Shown: positions 20,458 to 31,948, counted from the stretch's first letter. The stretch is 64,000 nucleotides of DNA from an uncultured Clostridia bacterium (GCA_944391215.1 CALXSR010000052.1:64511-128510), one strand, 5' to 3'. Program-made: numbers and translations. Notes: generated by a model not told the origin, from the letters alone.

Positions 20458-21707
20458 GCTAACACTTCCTCTAAAGTAATTGGGAACTCTTGCGGCCCAA
20501 CTGCAGAATAAATAAGCTTTTGCGGTTCCAGGAGCTTTTTGGCCATATCATTGACTTCGTCTGCAGTCACCGCCAATAATTTTTGCACATTCTCTTCTAT
20601 CGTAATAATTTTGCCATAAGATAGTTCCGATTTGCCCAACCGGCTCATAACAGAACTCGAATTTTCTAAACTCATTAAAAGGGATCCCTTTAATTGCTGT
20701 TTAGAACGCTCAATTTCGTCCTTCGTAAACCCTTTTTTAACAATATTGCTCAACTGTTTGCTGATTACTTCTACGACTTCAGACATTTTTGCTGGTGTGG
20801 TTGCCGCATAGCAAAGGAATTCTCCTGCCTGTGTATAGCCATTATGGAAAGAATAAATGCTATACGTTAGGCCTCTTTCTTCCCTAGCTGCTTGAAATAA
20901 GCGAGAACTAGCGCCGCCTCCTAGCGCATTAGCCAAAAGGAGCACTTTATATAAATCAGGATCAGTAGTACTTACTCCTGGCACACCTATGCATAAATGC
21001 ATCTGTTCAATATCTTTATGAACAAAAGATTGTCCGGCTTGCGGCACTGGCTGGCTCCCTAATATATGGTTATAGCTGCCTTTAAAATTGCGGAAATATT
21101 TATCTACTTCTTGTAAAACCTGTTCTCTGGTAATATTTCCGGCCACCACAATAACAGTATTTTCCGGGACATAAACACTTTTATAATATTGATATAGATC
21201 ATCTCTGGTCATATCACCCACTGTTTGCAAATTACCAATGATAGGCCAACCATAAGAATTTTCTGGCCAAATAATGCGATCAAAAAGCTCATGCGCCACA
21301 TCTTCCGGACTATCTTCATACATACTAATTTCTTCTAATATTACATTTTTTTCTTTATCAAATTCCTCTTTTAAGAAAGTAGAATGCAAATACATATCGG
21401 CTAATAATTCCATCGATAAACTAAAGTTTTCACTTAGAGATTTTGTATAATAGCAAGTATGTTCTTTCGAGGTAAAAGCATTCATCATACCGCCAACAGA
21501 CTCCATTGCTTCTACAATCTCCTTCGCGCTTCTTTTTTCAGTCCCTTTAAAAAGCATATGTTCTAAAAAATGCGAAATACCGTTTAAATGTTTTTCTTCA
21601 TAGCGCGAACCCGTTGCCACCCAAATACCAGTAGTAACGGAATAAACATTTGGCATGGGATAAGTAATTACCCGCAAGCCATTGGGTAGCACATCTCTAT
21701 AAACCAT
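20454..21707 (-). CDS. M16-family zinc peptidase (MlpA/YmxG-like).
   Basis: [11 protein letters not shown] inverted zinc-binding motif. Start set at [13 protein letters not shown] (ATG 21705-21707) with RBS GGAGGGGG. Confidence 0.8.
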   Translation of the reverse strand: MVYRDVLPNGLRVITYPMPNVYSVTTGIWVATGSRYEEKHLNGISHFLEHMLFKGTEKRSAKEIVEAMESVGGMMNAFTSKEHTCYYTKSLSENFSLSMELLADMYLHSTFLKEEFDKEKNVILEEISMYEDSPEDVAHELFDRIIWPENSYGWPIIGNLQTVGDMTRDDLYQYYKSVYVPENTVIVVAGNITREQVLQEVDKYFRNFKGSYNHILGSQPVPQAGQSFVHKDIEQMHLCIGVPGVSTTDPDLYKVLLLANALGGGASSRLFQAAREERGLTYSIYSFHNGYTQAGEFLCYAATTPAKMSEVVEVISKQLSNIVKKGFTKDEIERSKQQLKGSLLMSLENSSSVMSRLGKSELSYGKIITIEENVQKLLAVTADEVNDMAKKLLEPQKLIYSAVGPQEFPITLEEVLA

Positions 21708-21732
21708 TTTCCCCCTCCTAAAACACGGCTGA

Positions 21733-22875
21733 TTACAATATGCCTGCAAATCTTTTTTTACAATTCTGGATAAAATTCTCCACAAACACAAAAAATCCTT
21801 TTTGTTCTTTTGCTGCCCCGCTAACCAATTCAATTTTTCCCCAAAGTTGCCCATTTTCATCTGTCAGGTTCATAACTCCCATCGCCTCTCCTACATTATA
21901 ACTTTGCGGTAAATCTTTTTTTATTTGCCAATTTTCTTGTACCTTTTTTACTGTTTGCGGTAAGGTAAAACATCCATCATTACCGGCCAATAATGGCAGG
22001 GCCTCTTGCCTTCTATTTTTAATGATAGCCAAACAATCACCAGTTTGGGCAATATTGATATTATAAAAGTTTTCCACTCCATAATTTAATAATGCTAAAG
22101 ACTCCTGAAAACGGTCCGGACTATGAAATACAACAGATAATACCCGTCTGCCATCTTTTTCCATAGCCGCCACCAAACAAGCTCCCGCGGCATCTGTGGT
22201 ACCCGTTTTAACCCCGATAACATATTCATTAGACAATAATTTATTGGTATTTTTCAAATAACGCCGGGTTTCATTTTGCCCAATCACATCATTTGGCAAT
22301 TTTACAATCTCAGCAAATATCCTATTCTGCATAGCATAACGCGTAATCAAAGCCAAATCATAAGCGCTAATTTTATGCTGTTCGCTCGGCAAACCGTTGG
22401 CATTATAAAATTCTATTGTAGTAGCCCCCAAAACCATGCCCTTGATATTCAACCAATGAATAAACAAATTTTCGCTTCCGGCCGTGGCTTCCCCTAATGC
22501 ATAGGCAGCATCATTCCCGGATGGAATTAAGGCGCCACGCAATAGCTCTTCCACCGTAAACTGTTGGCCCGCTTCTAAATAAATGCTAGATTCTCCTACT
22601 GCTGATGCTTGCGGGGTAGCCGTATATAAAAAATCTAACGGAGCCATATCCAAAGCTAAGATGGCTGTTACAATTTTTGTAGTACTAGCTGGAGGTAACG
22701 CCTCAAGGCTATTTTTTTCCCATAATATTTGACCCGAATCAAGATCCATCAAGACAGCAGCTTTTGCGGCAATTTTTGGGGTCTCTGCCGCATGGGCAAA
22801 AGAAGCGCTTCCCAAAAGGAAACAACATCCCAATACCAAACAATTTATTATTTTTCTTATCATTCTTTTTTTCAT
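21733..22875 (-). CDS. D-alanyl-D-alanine carboxypeptidase (S11 family, DacF/DacB-like).
   Basis: Signal peptide MKKRMIRKIINCLVLGCCFLLGSASFAHA, plus the SxxK (ASTTK), SGN and KTG motifs. Confidence 0.8.
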   Translation of the reverse strand: MKKRMIRKIINCLVLGCCFLLGSASFAHAAETPKIAAKAAVLMDLDSGQILWEKNSLEALPPASTTKIVTAILALDMAPLDFLYTATPQASAVGESSIYLEAGQQFTVEELLRGALIPSGNDAAYALGEATAGSENLFIHWLNIKGMVLGATTIEFYNANGLPSEQHKISAYDLALITRYAMQNRIFAEIVKLPNDVIGQNETRRYLKNTNKLLSNEYVIGVKTGTTDAAGACLVAAMEKDGRRVLSVVFHSPDRFQESLALLNYGVENFYNINIAQTGDCLAIIKNRRQEALPLLAGNDGCFTLPQTVKKVQENWQIKKDLPQSYNVGEAMGVMNLTDENGQLWGKIELVSGAAKEQKGFFVFVENFIQNCKKRFAGIL

Positions 22876-22939
22876 TTTAACCACCAATACACACGCTTTT
22901 TGTTTCAGTCTATGCCAAAAAAATAGTAGATAAAACAAA

Positions 22940-22968
22940 AAAAGCCCGGTAAATTACCGAGCTTTTTC
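22940..22968 (-). terminator. Rho-independent terminator downstream of pnp.
   Basis: AGCUCGGUAA-uu-UUACCGGGCU stem on the minus strand, followed by UUUUUUUGUUUU. Confidence 0.6.
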
Positions 22969-22989
22969 ATGCTTATAATGGTATGCTTC

Positions 22990-25146
22990 TTATTCTTCAC
23001 TTTTTTCTTTTTGCATTTCATGCATAGCATCTTTCCTGGATAATTTAACCTTACCCTGCGGATCAATGGCCAGCACTTTTACATAAATCTCATCGCCTTC
23101 TTTGCAAACATCCTCTACTTTTGCTACCCGTTTATCATCTAACTGCGAAATATGCACCATCCCGTCTTTTCCAGGCAAATCTAAAACACTGGGAATGATT
23201 TCCACAAAAGCGCCAAAATCCATTACTTTTACAACTTTGCCGTGGTAAATTTTTCCTACTTCCGGTTCGGCAACAATGCTGTTGATGATTTCCAAAGCTT
23301 TTTCGCCTTTTTCAGCATCCACACAAGCTATAAACACGCGACCATCATCTTCAATATCAATTTGAGCTCCCGTTTCTTCAACAATCTTTTTAATGACTTT
23401 ACCCCCGGAACCAATTACCTCCCGAATTTTATCCGGATGAATTTTGGTTTGAATAATACGTGGGGCATAAGGAGAAAGTTCTGTCCGCGGTTCACTAATT
23501 GCTTCCATCATTTTGCCCATAATATGCATGCGTCCTTCTTTTGCTTGTGCCAAAGCTCTGGTAAATACTTCCTTATTGATACCGGCAATTTTAATATCCA
23601 TCTGCATAGCGGTTACGCCTTTGGCAGTACCGGCTACTTTAAAGTCCATATCCCCTAAAAAGTCTTCCATGCCCTGAATATCCGTTAAAATTGTAATATC
23701 GTCTCCATCTTTAATCAATCCCATGGCTACCCCGGCCACAGGCGCTTCAATGGGAACCCCAGCATCCATTAAAGAAAGCGTACTGGCACAAACGCTACCC
23801 ATAGAAGTGGAACCGTTAGATTCAATCGCTTCTGATACCAAACGTAGCGTATAGGGGAATACATCTTCACCGGGAATAACCGGCTCCAAAGCGCGTTCCG
23901 CTAAAGCCCCATGACCAATTTCCCGGCGACCAGGTCCCCGCATGGGTCTCGTTTCCCCAACACTGTAAGGAGGAAAATTATAATGGTGCATATAACGTTT
24001 TGAATCTTCCACGCCAAGGCCGTCTAAAATTTGTTCGTCCCCCATGGCGCCCAAAGTACAAGCATTTAAAATTTGGGTTTGCCCACGTGTAAACAAAGAA
24101 GAACCATGCGTTCTGGCCAAAACGCCAACTTCGCAAGTAATTGGACGGACTTCTGTTAAGGCACGGCCATCAATACGTAATTTATCTTTGGCAATCATTT
24201 TACGGAACTCTTCTTTTTCCAAGCTGTATAAGATAGCATCAATATCCGCTTTATTTTCTTCTTCTTCATCAATAAATTTAGCAGTAATATCTGCTTTTAT
24301 TTCATCTAAATAAGCATCGCGGTCTGCTTTGCTCAGCCGTTCCGCAGCAATTTTGTGTACCGCTTCATAAAGCAATGGCTGACCGTAAGCATAAATTGCC
24401 TCTTTTAAAGCCGCATCAGGTTCCGGTGGATTAAATTCCACTTTTTCTTTCGCTAAACCCATTACCAAAGCTTCTGCACGAAAATCTTCAATAAAGGCAA
24501 CAATCTTTTTAATTTCTTCATGCGCATATAAAATAGCGTCTAAAACAACTTCTTCCGGAATTTGTTTCATACCGGCTTCCACCATCATAACAGCATCTTT
24601 GGTACCCGCCACGGACAAATGCATGGAACTTGCTTCTGCTTCTTCCGTATTGGGGTTTAAAATAAACTTTCCGTCAATCAAACCAATTACTACTCCGCCA
24701 ATTGGGCCGGCAAATGGAATATTAGAAATGTGCAAAGCAGCGGAAGCTGCAATCATTGCCACCATATCCGGCGGATTATTTTGATCTACCGATAAAACGG
24801 TAGCCACTACTTGTACATCATTGCGATAAGCTTTTGGGAACAAGGGCCGAATGGGACGATCAATAATTCGGCTAGACAAAATTGCTTTTTCAGTAGGGCG
24901 ACCTTCCCTTTTGATAAACCCTCCAGGAATTTTCCCTACCGCATACAATCTTTCTTCATAATCTACGGTTAATGGGAAAAAATCTATTCCATCTCTAGGA
25001 CTTGCCGATTGCGTTGCTGTCGCCAAAAGCATAGTATCCCCATAGCTAGCAAAAATAGCGCCCCCAGCTTGTTTGGCCATCCGACCAGTTTCCAATGTAA
25101 GTTGGCGTCCCCCAACTTCCAGGCTTTTCTTTAAAACTGCACTCAT
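22990..25146 (-). CDS. pnp: Polyribonucleotide nucleotidyltransferase (PNPase).
   Basis: About 718 aa: two RNase PH domains, then KH and S1 domains. Start set at MSAVLKK with GGAGG 8 nt upstream. Confidence 0.95.
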   Translation of the reverse strand: MSAVLKKSLEVGGRQLTLETGRMAKQAGGAIFASYGDTMLLATATQSASPRDGIDFFPLTVDYEERLYAVGKIPGGFIKREGRPTEKAILSSRIIDRPIRPLFPKAYRNDVQVVATVLSVDQNNPPDMVAMIAASAALHISNIPFAGPIGGVVIGLIDGKFILNPNTEEAEASSMHLSVAGTKDAVMMVEAGMKQIPEEVVLDAILYAHEEIKKIVAFIEDFRAEALVMGLAKEKVEFNPPEPDAALKEAIYAYGQPLLYEAVHKIAAERLSKADRDAYLDEIKADITAKFIDEEEENKADIDAILYSLEKEEFRKMIAKDKLRIDGRALTEVRPITCEVGVLARTHGSSLFTRGQTQILNACTLGAMGDEQILDGLGVEDSKRYMHHYNFPPYSVGETRPMRGPGRREIGHGALAERALEPVIPGEDVFPYTLRLVSEAIESNGSTSMGSVCASTLSLMDAGVPIEAPVAGVAMGLIKDGDDITILTDIQGMEDFLGDMDFKVAGTAKGVTAMQMDIKIAGINKEVFTRALAQAKEGRMHIMGKMMEAISEPRTELSPYAPRIIQTKIHPDKIREVIGSGGKVIKKIVEETGAQIDIEDDGRVFIACVDAEKGEKALEIINSIVAEPEVGKIYHGKVVKVMDFGAFVEIIPSVLDLPGKDGMVHISQLDDKRVAKVEDVCKEGDEIYVKVLAIDPQGKVKLSRKDAMHEMQKEKSEE

Positions 25147-25244
25147 TGCCTGTAAACCTCCATCTTTTACATCCATTTATTTCTATTTCTTCATAACCTT
25201 TTTTCTTTTCGACATGTATTTATTTTCTCCTGCTAGAGAAATAT

Positions 25245-25273
25245 TTAAACAAAAAAGAGCGTTAAAAACGCTC
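25245..25273 (-). terminator. Rho-independent terminator downstream of rpsO.
   Basis: GAGCGTT-ttta-AACGCTC stem, followed on the minus strand by TTTTTTGTTT. Confidence 0.7.
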
Positions 25274-25285
25274 TTTTCCCATCCA

Positions 25286-25555
25286 TTATCTTCTTAAACC
25301 TAATTCGTTAATAATTTTACGATAGCGGTCAATATCTTTAGACTTCAAGTAGTTCAACAACCCTCTTCTTTGCCCAACCATTTTTAATAAACCGCGGCGA
25401 GAATGAAAATCTTTTTGATGTTCTTTCAAGTGCTCGGTTAAATGATTAATGCGATAAGTTAAAATCGCAATTTGAACTTCCGGAGAACCGGTATCTCCTT
25501 CATGGATTGCAAACTTGTTAATAATCTCCTGTTTCTTTTCGGGTGCCATGTTCAT
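25286..25555 (-). CDS. rpsO: 30S ribosomal protein S15.
   Basis: 89 aa, typical S15 sequence. Confidence 0.95.
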   Translation of the reverse strand: MNMAPEKKQEIINKFAIHEGDTGSPEVQIAILTYRINHLTEHLKEHQKDFHSRRGLLKMVGQRRGLLNYLKSKDIDRYRKIINELGLRR

Positions 25556-25658
25556 GGCTCACACCTCCTGAAATTTTTTATTATCCCCTATATCCAAGCA
25601 CAAAGCCGGAGAACAATGTCCCTAGAAATAGGTTTTACAGCTTTTTTATTATACCGCA

Positions 25659-26630
25659 TCAAAACGTTTTTGGCAAGAGCAGATTCCGGTCAATCGGTCT
25701 TTTCTCCATAAGCGCTTTTGCCGTCTTTTTATCTTGACTTATTTGTTTTTGCAAATGCACCACATTAGCAAATTTTTGCTCTGGGCGAATAAAATCTAAA
25801 AGCCAAACCCATAGCAATTTACCATAAAAATCCTCATTCGTGTCAAATAAATGCGCTTCCAAAAAATGTTGTTCATGATCGCTTATTGTGGGTTGCTTAC
25901 CAATATTGGCTACACCATCATATAATTGGCCTTCGCAGGCCGCTGCAATCCGGTAAACCCCATTTACTGGTTTTTGTTTTTCTTTGGGGCAAATCAAATT
26001 AGCGGTAGGGAAACCCAATTGTCTTCCTAATTGTTTTCCCTTCACAACCTGACCGGAGAAACAATAGGCATAGCCTAATAGTGCATTCGCTTTTTGTAAA
26101 TTTCCAGACTGCAAAGCTTGCCGAATCACGCTGCTGCTAACGATCATACCATTTTGCTTTACAGGAGGAGATACGGTTAATAAAAAACCATGCTGTTGCG
26201 CTAAACGAGCCAGCAATTTTGTTTCACCAGCCGCTTTTGCTCCAAACGTATAATTAAAGCCAACAAATAGATGATTTACCTGCAATTTTTCCACCAAAAT
26301 ATTAGAAACAAATTCTTGAGGCAACATATCGGCCCAAATTTGTGTAAACTCTTGATAAATTAAATAATCAATCCCTAAATAGCGTAATAAAGCTTCTTTT
26401 TCCATATCATTGTTTAGCAAAGAAGGCGCAGTGCCACATAACTTGCTTAGCGGATGCGGATGAAATAAGAAAACACCGGAAGAAGCTTTTTCTTTCTGAC
26501 AAGCTTCCTGCATTTTTGCAAGTAAGCAACGATGGCCTAAATGGAATCCATCAAAATTACCCAATGCTAAATTCAATTTCACTTGCGGATTTTCTCGGCG
26601 AAAATCCTGCCATGCCTGATAAATTTTCAT
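25659..26630 (-). CDS. ribF: Bifunctional riboflavin kinase / FMN adenylyltransferase.
   Basis: 323 aa with the GNFDGFHLGH motif and a C-terminal riboflavin-kinase domain. Confidence 0.9.
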   Translation of the reverse strand: MKIYQAWQDFRRENPQVKLNLALGNFDGFHLGHRCLLAKMQEACQKEKASSGVFLFHPHPLSKLCGTAPSLLNNDMEKEALLRYLGIDYLIYQEFTQIWADMLPQEFVSNILVEKLQVNHLFVGFNYTFGAKAAGETKLLARLAQQHGFLLTVSPPVKQNGMIVSSSVIRQALQSGNLQKANALLGYAYCFSGQVVKGKQLGRQLGFPTANLICPKEKQKPVNGVYRIAAACEGQLYDGVANIGKQPTISDHEQHFLEAHLFDTNEDFYGKLLWVWLLDFIRPEQKFANVVHLQKQISQDKKTAKALMEKRPIDRNLLLPKTF

Positions 26631-27559
26631 ATTTCACAACTTCCCTCTTTAACTGGTGGCGTTAAAAAAACCTTGTCCATCTGTAAAATATAATGTTCCT
26701 CGTTCTGGGTTAAATGGCCGATTCCCAATAATTTCCCTTCCGGAGTTAGAATACAACTTGCTTTTTGCAGTTCTAGCTTTTCTGGCAAAAAACAAACTTT
26801 TCTACCATACATTAAATCAATTTTTTGCTTTTCTGTTACTAGGATTTGCGGCAAATGCGCTATCACCTGTTCCATCGGAATGAAAAAAGAAAAATCTTCT
26901 TTTTGCACCATATCGGCCAAATTTTCTAAAGTGATCGCATTTTCTTTTTTAAAAAAGCCTACTGCACAGCGTTCTAAAGCAGACATATATGCGCCGACCC
27001 CTAAAATAGCGCCGATATCGTGACATAGGGTACGAATATAGGTGCCTCTTGAACAGCAAATATCCAAAACAGCCTTAGGATTTGACTTTTGCCAATCCAT
27101 AGAAACGATTTGCAATTGATAAATCGTGATCTGCCTTGCCGGTCTTTCTACAATCTGACCCTTTCTTTGCAGTTTATATAATGGTTGCCCCTGCACTTTT
27201 ATTGCGGAGGCCATTGGCGGCACCTGCTCAATTTGACCAATAAATTGTGGAATAACTGCTCGTAAATCATCTTCCTTGATATTGGTACAATCCGTTTCCG
27301 TCAAAATCTTACCTTCCCTATCCTGGGTATCAGTCGTTTTACCGAAGGTAATTTCCGCCAAATAACGTTTGGGTAAATCCATAACATATTCCGTTAATCT
27401 GGTTGCTTTTCCAACAGCCACCGGCAAAATGCCGGCCGCAGCAGGATCTAATGTTCCACTATGGCCGGCTTTTTTTATTTGCAATGTTTTTTTACATAAT
27501 GTAATTGCTCTTTGTGAGCTAATTCCTTCTGGCTTATACAGATTGATAAAACCATCCAT
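26627..27559 (-). CDS. truB: tRNA pseudouridine(55) synthase.
   Basis: 310 aa with the GHSGTLDP catalytic motif. There is a 4-nt overlap with ribF. Confidence 0.9.
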   Translation of the reverse strand: MDGFINLYKPEGISSQRAITLCKKTLQIKKAGHSGTLDPAAAGILPVAVGKATRLTEYVMDLPKRYLAEITFGKTTDTQDREGKILTETDCTNIKEDDLRAVIPQFIGQIEQVPPMASAIKVQGQPLYKLQRKGQIVERPARQITIYQLQIVSMDWQKSNPKAVLDICCSRGTYIRTLCHDIGAILGVGAYMSALERCAVGFFKKENAITLENLADMVQKEDFSFFIPMEQVIAHLPQILVTEKQKIDLMYGRKVCFLPEKLELQKASCILTPEGKLLGIGHLTQNEEHYILQMDKVFLTPPVKEGSCEI

Positions 27560-27561
27560 AC

Positions 27562-28542
27562 TCAGTCATTTACCTTTATTTCTTTTTTTACTGTTTCCAC
27601 TACTTGGGCAATACATTCTAGTAAAGAGCACATCATAGTGGCTCCGGCAGCCGCAACATGCCCACCGCCGCCCAAAGCCATTGCTATTTTACCAACATTA
27701 TAATTGTCGCGGCTACGGAAACTTACTTTTACTTTATTTTCTTCTATCTCATCAAATAATAACGCAACTTCAGCGCCTTTCTTATATAAAGCATAATTGA
27801 TGATATTATTACAATCTTGCGCCCTTGCACCATATTTTTGCTTGTCCGCTATTGTCAGCTTCATCATAACCAGCCAGGGTTCCACTTCCTCCAAACTAAC
27901 CATAGCCGTCCCTATCATTTTAATGCTGGCTAAAGTGCGACATTCGAACAGTTGAACTCGAACCAACTGCGTATCAATATGATACGTAAGTAAATCGCTC
28001 GCATAGATAAAACACTCTGGCGTTGTATTTTGGTAACGAAAACAACCGGTATCGGAAACAATTCCGGCATAAATACAAGTTGCAATTTCCTTATTCAAAG
28101 GGATTTGTAAATTTTTCAGCAATTCATAAATCAATTCACAAGTAGCGGAAGCTGCAGGTTTAATCCATAGGAGATCACCCATTGGCGTCGCACTATCATG
28201 ATGGTCAATGACAGCGATAGGAATATCTCGCCACGATTCTATCATGGCCTCCGCTCCTGCCCGCTCTAAATCAGAACAATCTACCAACAGAATCATATCT
28301 GGCTTTTGCTGATACTGTTCTAAAGGAATAATCTGCTCAATACCAGGTAAAAAAAACAGATTATCCGGCGGTTGATTAGCTAAAACAGCATCAATCTTTC
28401 TAGTTTCATTTTCTAAAGCTAATTTTATCGCCAACATAGCGCCAATGCAATCCGCATCCGGGTCCACATGTCCCATAACCACAATATTTCGGCAACGGTT
28501 TATGGCAGTGTCAATTTTATAACAAATCGCTTGTTCTTTCAT
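27562..28542 (-). CDS. nrnA: DHH/DHHA1 phosphoesterase (NrnA-type oligoribonuclease / pAp phosphatase).
   Basis: 326 aa carrying the DHH motif (DHHD) and a GGGH DHHA1 motif. Confidence 0.8.
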   Translation of the reverse strand: MKEQAICYKIDTAINRCRNIVVMGHVDPDADCIGAMLAIKLALENETRKIDAVLANQPPDNLFFLPGIEQIIPLEQYQQKPDMILLVDCSDLERAGAEAMIESWRDIPIAVIDHHDSATPMGDLLWIKPAASATCELIYELLKNLQIPLNKEIATCIYAGIVSDTGCFRYQNTTPECFIYASDLLTYHIDTQLVRVQLFECRTLASIKMIGTAMVSLEEVEPWLVMMKLTIADKQKYGARAQDCNNIINYALYKKGAEVALLFDEIEENKVKVSFRSRDNYNVGKIAMALGGGGHVAAAGATMMCSLLECIAQVVETVKKEIKVND

Positions 28543-28883
28543 TCTTTTTCTAATCCCTCAATAATTTTAGCAATTTTAATACTATGCGCAATAGAATCGT
28601 CATCAATAAAATGCAATTCTGGGACAGTTCTAACTTTTAAACGCTTTGATAATTCATGACGAATAAAGCCAGCCGCATTTTGAATGGTTTGCAAATTCTT
28701 TGCCACGGCTTCTTTATCGCCAATAGAGCTTAAATATACCTTTGCATGTTTTAAATCACCAGACACTTCTGTTTTTAATACAGAAACTAAAGTGCCGTTT
28801 TCTATTTGAATTTGGTTAGCAATAATATCTGCTACTTCTTTTTTTACTTCTTCGGCCATCCGGCCTAACCGATATTGGGCCAT
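28539..28883 (-). CDS. rbfA: Ribosome-binding factor A.
   Basis: 114 aa, RbfA family. Confidence 0.9.
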   Translation of the reverse strand: MAQYRLGRMAEEVKKEVADIIANQIQIENGTLVSVLKTEVSGDLKHAKVYLSSIGDKEAVAKNLQTIQNAAGFIRHELSKRLKVRTVPELHFIDDDSIAHSIKIAKIIEGLEKE

Positions 28884-28897
28884 AAAAACCCTCCTTT

Positions 28898-31800
28898 TTA
28901 GAGCGCTCTTTTTATCTCTTCCATAACAAAAGCTTCTATCACGTCGCCTTCATGGAAATCATTAAAGTTTTCAAAACTAATGCCGCACTCAAAGCCTTCC
29001 ATAACTTCTTTCACATCATCTTTAAACCGTTTTAAAGAATCAATTTTATCTTCCGTTACCACAATACCATTGCGCGTTAAACGCACTTGCGCCTGTCTTG
29101 TAATTTTGCCATCTGTGATATAGGAACCCGCTACCATGCCAGCTTTTGGTACTTTAATAACTTGACGCACTTCAGCATGACCAATAACGACTTCTTTAAA
29201 TTCAGGATCAAGCAGACCAGACATCGCTTTTTTCACATCCTCAATCGCATCATAAATAACGCGATAAGTGCGAATATCCACTTGTTCTGTTTCCGCCAAT
29301 TTACTAGCCGGAATAGATGGCCGTACATTAAACCCAATAATGATAGCAGTAGAAGCCGTTGCCAACATAACATCAGACTCTGTAATCGCCCCAACGCCAC
29401 TATGAATAATATTTACTTTCACTTCATTATTATTCAAATTAGTTAAGGATTGTTTTACCGCCTCAACAGAACCCTGCACATCAGCTTTTACAATTAAGTT
29501 TAATTCCTTAATTTCCCCTTCGGCAATATGGGTAAATAAATCTTCTAAAGTAATTTTGCTGTTTTTACGCAATTCTTCTTCCCGTTTTTTAGATTGCAAT
29601 TTTGCCGCCACAGATTTTGCATCACGTTCATCCTTAGCCACAATAAAGATTTCACCCGGCGGCGGTACTTCAGAAAAACCAATTACTTCAACCGGCATGG
29701 AAGGTCCAGCAGCCTTTACCTTACGACCTTTATCATCTAGCATCGCCCGTACTTTACCAAACACCGAACCGGCTAAAATATTATCGCCCACTTTTAAAGT
29801 ACCTTTTTGTACTAATAAAGTGGCCAAAGGCCCTCTTCCTTTATCTAATTGCGATTCGATAATGGTGCCACGAGCTTTCCGTTTGGGGTTCGCTTTTAAT
29901 TCAGCCACTTCGGCAACCAATAATATCATTTCTAAAATTTGTGCAATATTTTGGCCAGTCTTCGCAGCTACAGGAACCATAATGGTATCGCCGCCCCATT
30001 CTTCTGCAACCAAACCATATTCCATCAATTCCTGTTTTACTTTATCCGGATTCGCCCCTTGTTTATCTATTTTATTAATTGCAACAATAATAGGCACATT
30101 TGCTGCTTTGGCATGGTTAATAGCTTCCACCGTTTGTGGCATAACGCCATCATCAGCGGCCACTACTAAAACTGCAACATCCGTTACCTGTGCTCCACGG
30201 GCACGCATCGATGTAAAAGCTTCATGACCAGGCGTATCTAAAAATGTAATTTTCTTATTATTGATTTCTACTTGATAAGCCCCAATATGCTGTGTAATAC
30301 CGCCAGCTTCGGTAGCAATTACATTGGTTTTACGAATCGCGTCCAATAAAGAGGTCTTCCCATGGTCAACATGCCCCATTACCGTAACAACAGGAGGCCG
30401 TTCCATCAAATCATCCTCATCATCATCTGCATCTTCCATAATTTCTATGGCTTTATCGGCCGCTACTTCCACGGTAATGCCGAATTCTTCCGCCAGCAAA
30501 ATGGCAGTATCCGACTCTAACTCCTGATTGATAGTTGCCATAACGCCCATTTCAAAAAGCTTTTTAATCACTTCAGCAGCTGTTTTTCCCATACTTTTTG
30601 CTAAATCTTGCAAAACAACGGTTTCGCCAATCACAACCTTTTTCGGCACAACAGGCGGCATTTGTTTCTTCGGCGCTACATTTTTATTTTTACGCCCTCT
30701 ATCGTTGCGATGAGGAATTTTACCGCTTTTTTTTCCCATCCCATCTTCGCCAAAATTATCATTTAATACATCACGATTATCCTTAAATAATTTTTTATCT
30801 GGCCTACGACTGGTCGGCTTTTCTACCGCTGGAGTTGTATATTTCATACCGCCTTCTATACTGCCGGTTGTCTTTGGACCACGGTTCTGCCCACTATTTC
30901 CGGCAAATCCGCCAGCAGGGCGCAGACCACGGTTTCCTTGACTGGGACTTCCTTGAAAACCACCGGCAGAACGCGGACCGCGATTATCCTGCCCTTGATA
31001 ATTGGGGCGCGGACCGCGATTGTCTTGCCCTTGCTAATTGGGGCGCGGACCGCGATTGTCCTGCCCTTGGTAATTGGGGCGCGGACCGCGATTGTCCTGC
31101 CCTTGGTAATTGGGGCGCGGACCGCGATTGTCTTGCCCTTGATAATTCGGGCGCGGACCGCGATTATCTCTATTATCTTGTTGATAATTTGTATTTTGAT
31201 TTCTTTGTTGTTGATGAAAATCACGATTAGGAACAGGCGTATTTTGTCTGCTTGCTTTCTTTTCAATAGTTTCTTCCAGCATGGCATCATTTGTTGTTTT
31301 CACTGCTTGTTGCGGCGGAGTAACCGGAACAATAGTTGGTGGTGCTTCTTCTTTTTCCGTATTATTAACAGGAGTCTCAGGAGTAGTTTTCAGTTCTTCA
31401 GACACCGAAAGAATGGGCGCCTTTTCCGCAACAGATGCTTCTGTTTTTGGCATTTCTTTTTTAGGAGCAGATTGAACTACCGGCTCTTCTTTTTTCTCAA
31501 TTACAACTGCCTTCTTCTCTTCAGACGGTATCACGGCTTCTTTTTCCACAATTTTTTCCGTCTTTTTCTCCTCTGTTTGCGCTACCACTTTTTCTGAATT
31601 AACCAAAACATCTGCTTCTATTTTTGTTACCATATTTTCTTCGGTTCCTTTATTCCCCTCTGTTATTTCTGTTTTCTTCTTAGCATCCAAGTTAAAGGCC
31701 TCCATTTCAGAAGCTTCTAAATCCGTTTTTCGAATTCTTTTTACCCTTGGGATAAAAGAAGTATCATCATTTTTATTTTTGCTGCTTTTTTTCCCACTTA

Positions 31801-31948
31801 TACTTTCCCGCAAAGCTTTACAGTACTGTTCTTCCACAGTACTCATATGATTTTTGGCCTCGCTTCCCAAAGCATTTAAGCGGCCCAGCAAATCTTTTGT
31901 TTCTAAATTCAACTCCTTGGCCAACTCATGCACTCTTATTTTAGCCAT
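28898..31948 (-). CDS. infB: Translation initiation factor IF-2. The reading frame is continuous apart from one in-frame TAG at 31034-31036.
   Basis: The canonical N-terminus [13 protein letters not shown] sits at 31946-31948 behind RBS AGGAG. The G-domain ([24 protein letters not shown]) and C-terminal domains lie in ORF 28898..30847. Both ORFs share one frame (31036 minus 30847 equals 189, a multiple of 3). The only interruption is the TAG inside the repeat array. Confidence 0.85.
30968..31165 (-). repeat. About 5.4 tandem copies of a 36-bp unit inside the infB N-terminal region, encoding repeats of [12 protein letters not shown].
   Basis: Near-identical 36-nt units (gcggaccgcgattgtcctgcccttggtaattggggc and variants) can be read directly. 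They generate the alternative-frame ORFs 30856..31290 and 30938..31597. Confidence 0.85.

Noticed and set aside
30968-31165. CRISPR-like appearance of regularly spaced 36-bp direct repeats
   Set aside because: The repeats are directly tandem with no spacers. They lie in the infB reading frame and encode a peptide repeat.
30856-31597. Alternative-frame ORFs of 144 and 219 aa overlapping the infB repeat region
   Set aside because: They are generated by reading the 36-bp tandem repeats in other frames ([12 protein letters not shown]... and ARTAIVLPL...). The infB frame is the conserved one.
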